Assembly (NCBI GenBank): GCA_014729775.1
Contig: WJJJ01000006.1
Coordinates: forward strand, 16,694-80,693
Source: Candidatus Omnitrophota bacterium
GTDB lineage: Bacteria > Omnitrophota > Gorgyraeia > Duberdicusellales > 4484-171
DNA: 64,000 bases
Reading direction: 5' to 3'
The notes under the pieces were generated by a model. It had not been told where the DNA came from. It was given only the letters and a program-made list of their open reading frames with translations, and did no database searches. The translations under genes and the position numbers were made by a program. Below are positions 57,693 through 64,000 of this stretch, in pieces (positions within the stretch are counted from its first letter, which is position 1; each line of letters opens with the position of its first letter).

Positions 57693-58484
57693 TTACGCAG
57701 ATTGAGCGAATCGTTTCAAACCCCGTTTCATACGGCGGATCAAACGAATCCTGTGGCCGGGCGCTTCGTACCGCAGACGCTTCAAGTATCTGCGCATCGG
57801 ATTACGGTCCGGAGTAAAATGGCGGCACTCATCCAGCTGACACCATACATCCGCGGTCATTCGTGCGATTTTGCGGCACACGTCTTCCGGCAGGTACGTA
57901 TACCCGGCGTTGCTGTCAGGCCGAAAATTGTAACGAAACGCGATCCCCAGATGACGGCACAATGCCGCAACTACACCGGGATCCTCGACGAGATCTTCGT
58001 ATTTGACCACAAAAATATTCTGCGCAGACAGAGACAGGGCGTCGATCACCTGGCGGTTCCTTTCTCGCCACTGCTCGATAAACCCGTCAATCGCAGCCAA
58101 CGGATCCGGATACCTCGCGATGGAATCGTAAAATGCCTGTTTGGCGTCAGTCCTGTGGCGGTAATGCTCAAGGGTCGAATAACACACGTTCACCGGATCT
58201 CGATAAATCCATACAAGATACACCGTATACGCATGGAACTCTTCCAGGATCTGATTGATACGGTGATCCGCGGTTGCGTTCGGCATCTTTATTAATACCG
58301 GTTTTTCGCTGTTTTGCAGACACTCCCGGATTTGCGATTCAGGCTTCAGATTCCAGTCCTTGAACAGTTCGGAATCAATGGCCTCTTCATATCCGCAACA
58401 GGTTTTCCCGTTCAGCAGAGTATAATATAAAACGCTCGTGCCCGAACGCTGAATGCCGGAAACCATCACAAGTTTGTTATTCAT
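57693..58484 (-). CDS. Sulfotransferase family protein
   Basis: GIQRSGTS PAPS loop, RDP..VCYS and KYEDLVEDP. Confidence 0.8.
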   Translation of the reverse strand: MNNKLVMVSGIQRSGTSVLYYTLLNGKTCCGYEEAIDSELFKDWNLKPESQIRECLQNSEKPVLIKMPNATADHRINQILEEFHAYTVYLVWIYRDPVNVCYSTLEHYRHRTDAKQAFYDSIARYPDPLAAIDGFIEQWRERNRQVIDALSLSAQNIFVVKYEDLVEDPGVVAALCRHLGIAFRYNFRPDSNAGYTYLPEDVCRKIARMTADVWCQLDECRHFTPDRNPMRRYLKRLRYEAPGHRIRLIRRMKRGLKRFAQSA

Positions 58485-58611
58485 ACACTTCCCATCGCGC
58501 CGTCTTTGACCTCATCAAGTCTGTTATATCGTGATATATGAGGCCGGTCAACATAAAAACATACCAGATCCTCCCCGCCGGCCGGGATTTCCCTTTCGTT
58601 ACCGCGTTTAT

Positions 58612-59373
58612 TTATTCCGCATAGATCATTTTCCGGGTCATTCCCCCGTCAACGATCAAATTCACCCCCGTGACGAAAGAGTTTTCCGGTTCTCCCAGGA
58701 ATTTTACCGCACGCGCGACATCATCCGGGATCCCGACCCGGCCCGCCGGATGCTGAGCGTGATCTACCTTGGTGAGGGTCTCTTTCTTTCTGCGGGAAGA
58801 TTTGGCCCACCCGGAAACATCGATCCATCCCGGGCTCACCGCGTTTACCCGGATTTCAGGCCCGAGACTCACCGCCAGTGAATGGGTCAACGCGAGTACG
58901 CCGCCCTTTGAAGCCGAATATGCGAAGGTATCAGCCTCTGACATCAGCGCCCGGGTCGAGGCAATATTCACGACTGCGCCGCGGGATTTGCGCAGATAGG
59001 GCGCGCAGTGCTTCACAGATAAAAAATATCCGGTCAGATTGACCGCCAGCTGGCGATTCCATTCCGCGTGGGAGAATTCCTCCAAAGACGCATTCTTTAC
59101 CACTGCCGCGTTATTCACCAGAACATCTATTCTTCCGAAGACCTGAACCGCCTGCTCCACCATGGCCTCGACCGAATCCGGAACCGCGGTGTCGCATTCT
59201 ATGAACTTTATTATTCCCTGATCCTTCCCTTCTTGTTCAGTTTCTTCACCCGCTTCCCGGTCAAGCTCGGCAATGACCACCCGGAAACCTTCTTCCAGAA
59301 ACCGCAGAGCGACACATTTCCCTATACCCTGACCTCCGCCGGTAACGACCGCTACTCTGTGCTTCCTTCCCAT
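58612..59373 (-). CDS. Short-chain dehydrogenase/reductase
   Basis: TGGGQGIG, NNAA, YSASK and VNAVSPG. ATG 59373 behind AGAGGAG. Confidence 0.93.
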   Translation of the reverse strand: MGRKHRVAVVTGGGQGIGKCVALRFLEEGFRVVIAELDREAGEETEQEGKDQGIIKFIECDTAVPDSVEAMVEQAVQVFGRIDVLVNNAAVVKNASLEEFSHAEWNRQLAVNLTGYFLSVKHCAPYLRKSRGAVVNIASTRALMSEADTFAYSASKGGVLALTHSLAVSLGPEIRVNAVSPGWIDVSGWAKSSRRKKETLTKVDHAQHPAGRVGIPDDVARAVKFLGEPENSFVTGVNLIVDGGMTRKMIYAE

Positions 59374-59503
59374 TGAAATTCTCCTCTTTTGAATATTTAC
59401 TCCATGATCTTCGGCTCGACCCGAACCATCCGCAGAAAAGGGGACGGTTCTATTTTCACCTCCAAAACATTCGTTCACCTCTGCGAGTAACAGAAAGGGA
59501 GTG

Positions 59504-60286
59504 TCACTGCTGGCACTCGGCACACCAGTACCCGCTCCTGCCGCCGATTTTTCCTTTTTGGATCCGGCCGCCACACCTCGGACACCTCCCGCCCTTCCCT
59601 CTGGCGGGAATAAGCCAGGTCCGCGGCATCTGCGCGGGGTCGGCCTTATACTGCACGGATTTTTCCAAGACATATTTCATTTTCTGAAAAACATTTTTTT
59701 TCTCTTCTTCGGTAAGCCGGCTGACCTTTTTTTTGGGCAGCACACCCGCCTGAAAAAGGATCTCATCGGAATAAATGTTCCCGATTCCGGCGAGGTACTT
59801 CTGGCTCATTAAGGCCTGTTTCGCGGTACTGCGGCCGCGCCCCAGCGCGTCGCTGAAAGTCTCAAAATCCACCTCCAGCGCGTCCGGTCCCAGCTTCTGT
59901 TTCCGGATGTACTCATCCATCGACCCCGCATACTGGATCCGGCCCAGCAACCGCCGGTTATCAAAGGCAAGCGTATACCCGTTGGCAAACCTGAACCGCG
60001 CCCGGGGATGCCCCGGTTCCGCACCAGGATCTTTGTAGTACCGGAAAAAACCGGTCATGCCGAAGTGGACCACCAGCCAGTCTCCCTTTTTCAACTTGAC
60101 GAAAAGATACTTCCCCCGGCGGTCGGCAGTTTTGAATTCGTCGTTCTTCAGTTTTTTGCGAAACTTCGGTTCCGTGATCCCTTTTAATATCCTTTTCCTG
60201 TCCACTTCTACGTCTTTGATTTTTTTATGCAGACTCGTCCGCTTCAGATAGCGGCGAAACACTTCTACGTCAGGCAACTCGGGCAT
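59504..60286 (-). CDS. mutM: Fpg/Nei family DNA glycosylase
   Basis: MPELPDVE, RRGKY, HFGMTG, GIGNIYSDE and C-terminal zinc finger. Confidence 0.9.
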   Translation of the reverse strand: MPELPDVEVFRRYLKRTSLHKKIKDVEVDRKRILKGITEPKFRKKLKNDEFKTADRRGKYLFVKLKKGDWLVVHFGMTGFFRYYKDPGAEPGHPRARFRFANGYTLAFDNRRLLGRIQYAGSMDEYIRKQKLGPDALEVDFETFSDALGRGRSTAKQALMSQKYLAGIGNIYSDEILFQAGVLPKKKVSRLTEEEKKNVFQKMKYVLEKSVQYKADPAQMPRTWLIPARGKGGRCPRCGGRIQKGKIGGRSGYWCAECQQ

Positions 60287-60413
60287 TTTGACTCCTTTCT
60301 TTTCTCACAATCAATCCCCCCTCTGCCGGCCGACCTGACAGGGGTTGACAGGAAAGCGTCTCCCGACAACGGCACCGGCACGTTTTGCTGGCCGGTTACG
60401 TGTATCTTTTCTT

Positions 60414-60579
60414 ATATCAGCACATAGGGATATCGGTCAAAAGCGGATAAGAGCATCAGATATTATGAGAATGCATTCTGATATGCTGCTCCTCTGAGAA
60501 CCTGCCCGCTGATCTCCTGGTCTGCTGATATACCCTCTTTTTCTATTTCTCTCTTCCCGTCCAGCATCCAGGATCTCCC
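60414..60579. repeat. Composite ATATCAG-octamer intergenic element, copy C
   Basis: atatcagcacatagggatatcgg...gcatcaga ... ctgatatgctg...ctgatctcctggtctgctgatatac, pyrimidine tract and gcatccaggatc. Confidence 0.7.
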
Positions 60580-63288
60580 CTACATTACCTTCAGCTTCTT
60601 CAATACCTGCGCCGCGGCAAGGGGAACCAGACTCGTTCCGAAGGCCAGCGCCCATTCCCCCCCCGTTAAAGGTACAGTCTTCAGCACCCGGGCCAAAAAG
60701 GGCACGTAGAGCGACAGGGATAAGAGTATGATCCCCAGCAGGAGCGCGGCCCAGACAAACCTGTTTCGGGTCACTTCATTCCTGAAAATTCGCGAATGTC
60801 GGTCCCGGACGTTAAACACGTGCCACAGAGAAGCCAGTCCCAGAGAAAAATAGGCGACGGTAACAGCCCGCGCGGGATCGGCCTTCATCACGAAAAGGAC
60901 ATAGGTAAAACAGCCGAATACCGCCAGTCCCATCAGCACCCCGTACACGAATACCGCGGCCCAGTGCGCGCGAGTCAGCACCTGCTCATCCGGACTGCGG
61001 GGGGGATGTTCCATCACGCGGGGATCTCCTTCCCCCATTCCCAAGGCGAGCGCGGGAAACACGTCGGTCACCAGGTTAAGAAAAAGGATCTGCAAAGGAA
61101 GCAGAGGCAGGGGAAGCCGCAAAACCGAAGCAATTCCTACGGCGGCAATCTCGCTCACATGACAGGGAAGCAGATACACGATAAACTTCCGTATATTCCC
61201 GAAAATAACCCTTCCCTGGGCGACCGCGCGCACGATCGTGGGGAATGAATCATCCTGCAACACGATATCGGCGGCTTCACGAGCTACCTGAGTTCCTCTT
61301 TGTCCCATTGCAATACCAATATCAGCCTTCTTTAACGCCGGCGCATCATTCACTCCATCGCCGGTCATTGCGACTACGTGGCGTTTTTTTTGATACATCT
61401 CAATAAGATCCAGTTTCTGTCCCGGCGTTACCCGCGCGAATATAGGAACATCCAGAATTTCGTTGAGTTCCGACTCGCTCATGTCATCGGGAGATTTCAG
61501 ATCTTTCCCTTCCACCGCGCGTAACGTCCGGTCCTGATCCAACCCTAAATCAGCCGCCACGGCTTCAGCGGTATCCGCCTGATCACCGGTTACCATTACC
61601 GTACGGATTCCCGCACGCGCGCATTCGGCCAGCGATGAGCGGATTTCCCCGCGGGGCGGGTCAAAAAATCCCACCAATCCCAAAAATACAAGATCCGCAT
61701 AGGGCTCTTCGGCCAACTGATGAACTCGTTTTTCGGCGCAGGCGAGCATTCGCAATCCTTTCTTGGCGTAGTCGCGGGAAATACGGCCCCACCGTTCTTT
61801 TGCCTCGGCGGAAAACGAACTCTCTTTTGATTCGGTACGGTACCTGCCGCAGGCTGCAATAACCTCCTCCGGCGCGCCTTTCACCAAGACCAAAAAAGGC
61901 GCGTCTTGTCCGTTATAGGTAGCCATCATTTTACGCTCGGAATCAAACGCCTCTTCGCGCTGTTCCGGGAAGCGGCGCTTCAACGCGTCCTTCCCTATGC
62001 CGGCAAGCTCACCGGCCTGGAGCAACGCGACCTCCAGGGGATCACCGACCGTCTTCTCGGGATCAGTACGGGAAAAAGACGCGTTGTTACATAACACCCC
62101 GCAGCGTATAAGATCGTTTACCCGGGGACGGTCTTTGACTTCAATCCGCGAAGACTGCTCGAAGAATCCTTCTCCCTCTTCCCCTGTAAAACGCGTTCGC
62201 ACCGGCTCGGCTCCGGACGGATGCAGGACACTTACTTCCATTCTGTTTTCGGTAAGCGTCCCCGTTTTATCCGTACAAATAATATCGGTTGAACCGAGTG
62301 TTTCGACTGCCGCGAGTTTTTCCACGATCGCGTTCTCCCGGGCCATACGCCACATGCCGCGCGCCAGCGCGATCGTCGCAACGACCGGAAGACCTTCGGG
62401 GATTGCCGCAATGGCGAGCACGATCGCCGTTTCGATCATAAGATAGGCCTCTTTTCCGGCCAGGATCCCGCTTACCGCCAACAGGGCCGCGACCGCTCCG
62501 GTCACCCATAACAGAACGTGTCCCAGCCGGTTGAGTTTCTTCTCGAGCGGCGTCTTTTCTTCCCCCGCCTCTTCGGCCAGCGATGAGATATTCCCCAGTT
62601 CTGTTTCCATCCCGGTCGCGGTCACCACGGCCTCGCCGGATCCGCGTAGAAGAGTGGTCCCTTTCCAAAGCATACTTCTGCGGTCGTGCAGAGGAGCATC
62701 CTCGGCGCACGGTTTTTCCTGTTTGGACACGGGCATGGATTCGCCGGTCAACGCTGATTCATTGGCCTGGAGCTTGGATGCCTCCAGGATACGCAGATCG
62801 GCCGATACGATATCCCCTTCATTCAAGAGCACGATATCTCCGGGAACGAGATCCTCGGCATCAATCTGCCTTGCTTCCCCGTTCCGCCGGACCACGGTTT
62901 TTACCCGGCTCAGTTTCTGGAGAGCTTCCATCGACCGGGAGGCTTTCAGCTCGGTAAAAAATCCGACAGCCGCATTGAGAAAGAGGGCGACCGCGATCGC
63001 CGCGGCCTGCACCCAGCCTTCAAAGAAAAACGAGATCACCGCGGCGGCAAGAAGCAGAATGATGATCACACTCTTGAATTGATTGATCAGAATAGCCCAA
63101 GCGCTCTTTTTCTTTTCGGTCCGGATACGGTTGGGACCCCACTGGCCGCGGCGGCGGGGGACTTCCTGCTCACTTACCCCTTTCCGGGCATCGATTCCCA
63201 GTTCATCCAGGACATCTCCGGATGGAGATGCCCAGGGAGCGGACAGTTTATCCTGCGGAGGGAATGTGGTATGTTGTTTTTTTTCCAT
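60580..63288 (-). CDS. P-type cation-transporting ATPase (P2A, Ca2+-like)
   Basis: LTGES, IPEGL, DKTGT, KGAPE, TGD, GDGVND and LNLVTD. Confidence 0.95.
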   Translation of the reverse strand: MEKKQHTTFPPQDKLSAPWASPSGDVLDELGIDARKGVSEQEVPRRRGQWGPNRIRTEKKKSAWAILINQFKSVIIILLLAAAVISFFFEGWVQAAAIAVALFLNAAVGFFTELKASRSMEALQKLSRVKTVVRRNGEARQIDAEDLVPGDIVLLNEGDIVSADLRILEASKLQANESALTGESMPVSKQEKPCAEDAPLHDRRSMLWKGTTLLRGSGEAVVTATGMETELGNISSLAEEAGEEKTPLEKKLNRLGHVLLWVTGAVAALLAVSGILAGKEAYLMIETAIVLAIAAIPEGLPVVATIALARGMWRMARENAIVEKLAAVETLGSTDIICTDKTGTLTENRMEVSVLHPSGAEPVRTRFTGEEGEGFFEQSSRIEVKDRPRVNDLIRCGVLCNNASFSRTDPEKTVGDPLEVALLQAGELAGIGKDALKRRFPEQREEAFDSERKMMATYNGQDAPFLVLVKGAPEEVIAACGRYRTESKESSFSAEAKERWGRISRDYAKKGLRMLACAEKRVHQLAEEPYADLVFLGLVGFFDPPRGEIRSSLAECARAGIRTVMVTGDQADTAEAVAADLGLDQDRTLRAVEGKDLKSPDDMSESELNEILDVPIFARVTPGQKLDLIEMYQKKRHVVAMTGDGVNDAPALKKADIGIAMGQRGTQVAREAADIVLQDDSFPTIVRAVAQGRVIFGNIRKFIVYLLPCHVSEIAAVGIASVLRLPLPLLPLQILFLNLVTDVFPALALGMGEGDPRVMEHPPRSPDEQVLTRAHWAAVFVYGVLMGLAVFGCFTYVLFVMKADPARAVTVAYFSLGLASLWHVFNVRDRHSRIFRNEVTRNRFVWAALLLGIILLSLSLYVPFLARVLKTVPLTGGEWALAFGTSLVPLAAAQVLKKLKVM

Positions 63289-63291
63289 CGG

Positions 63292-63999
63292 TCATCTATC
63301 CGGCCGGAACAGGCTATCGATAAATTCTTTCGGCGACGCGGCCCCGTCGATCACCGCATGTATTCCCGTTGCGATCGGAAGCACTTGGCCCCGGTCTCGG
63401 GCCAGCGCGCACACCGGAGCCAGGACCCGGCATCCTTCCGGCAAACCCTGCATTTTTTCCTTTATCTCGGACTGTGACCGTCCCCGGGCCAGCAGTTCTC
63501 CGAACGTTCGGTGATGACTCTGCGCGCTCAAAGCGGTGGCGATCAGATCACCCAGGCCGGCGACGGAATACACCGTCTCTTTTCTCCCGCCGAGTAACCG
63601 GATCAATTCACTCATCTCATCCAGCGCGCTGGTGAGAAATGCGGCCCGGAAATTGACGCTGCGTATCCCTGAACCGCTGATCAGTCCCAATCCGATCGCG
63701 TAGATATTCTTGAGAATCCCGCCCCACTCCACCCCGGCGGCATCATCGCTGATCTGTACGCGGAATGCGGATGTCTGCGTGACCACGCGTACCTTTTCCC
63801 GCGCGTCATCACTGCCGCCGCTCACCAATACTTTACACGGCACTCCTCTGGCGAACTCGTCCGCGATGGACGGTCCTGACATCACGGTCACCTCATGACC
63901 GCAGAAAAGTTCCCGGAGCACGTCCGTGGCGGTACGTAGGGTATTGGGTTCGATGCCCTTAGAAAGGTTAATCACGACCTGCTCCGGGGGAGAATCCGC
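63292..63999 (-). CDS. gpsA: NAD(P)H-dependent glycerol-3-phosphate dehydrogenase, C-terminal part (5' end outside window)
   Basis: SKGIE, SGPS.A.E, GVEWGGILKN and GLGDL. Frame is open to the window edge. Confidence 0.9.
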   Translation of the reverse strand, partial: ADSPPEQVVINLSKGIEPNTLRTATDVLRELFCGHEVTVMSGPSIADEFARGVPCKVLVSGGSDDAREKVRVVTQTSAFRVQISDDAAGVEWGGILKNIYAIGLGLISGSGIRSVNFRAAFLTSALDEMSELIRLLGGRKETVYSVAGLGDLIATALSAQSHHRTFGELLARGRSQSEIKEKMQGLPEGCRVLAPVCALARDRGQVLPIATGIHAVIDGAASPKEFIDSLFRPDR

Positions 64000-64000
64000 G

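Noticed and set aside
59374-59673. N-terminal extension of the SDR ORF (also the extensions of infA, GNAT and HAD in the ORF track)
   Set aside because: They overlap upstream genes. Downstream ATGs match family N-termini, most with an RBS.

Overview
Gene-dense bacterial chromosome segment with about 75 CDS. Only the partial mutL at the left edge is on the + strand; every other credible gene is on the - strand. The gene content suggests a diderm anaerobe, tentatively PVC superphylum / Ca. Omnitrophota (an inference from gene families, not a database result). Housekeeping, repair and stress genes include mutL, rlmB, infA, dinB, a U32 protein, aroK, htpG, metF, an Rrf2 regulator with hcp, citrate synthase, ptsI, mutM, a P-type ATPase and gpsA. 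There is also a sugar ABC transporter, two MscS channels, a YdbH plus YnbE-YdbL-like operon and many exported hypotheticals. I found no rRNA, tRNA, CRISPR array, transposase or phage genes. The main unexplained signals are: (1) a ~42-aa module placed directly after the signal peptide in four secreted proteins with three unrelated cargo types; (2) an in-frame dodecin-rubredoxin fusion; (3) a dispersed composite intergenic element (ATATCAG octamer hairpin plus heptamer arrays) just downstream of stop codons; (4) a UGM-like / GT77-like / radical SAM cassette bracketed by paralogous membrane genes; (5) several apparent leaderless promoters. All calls come from reading motifs by eye; no searches were run.
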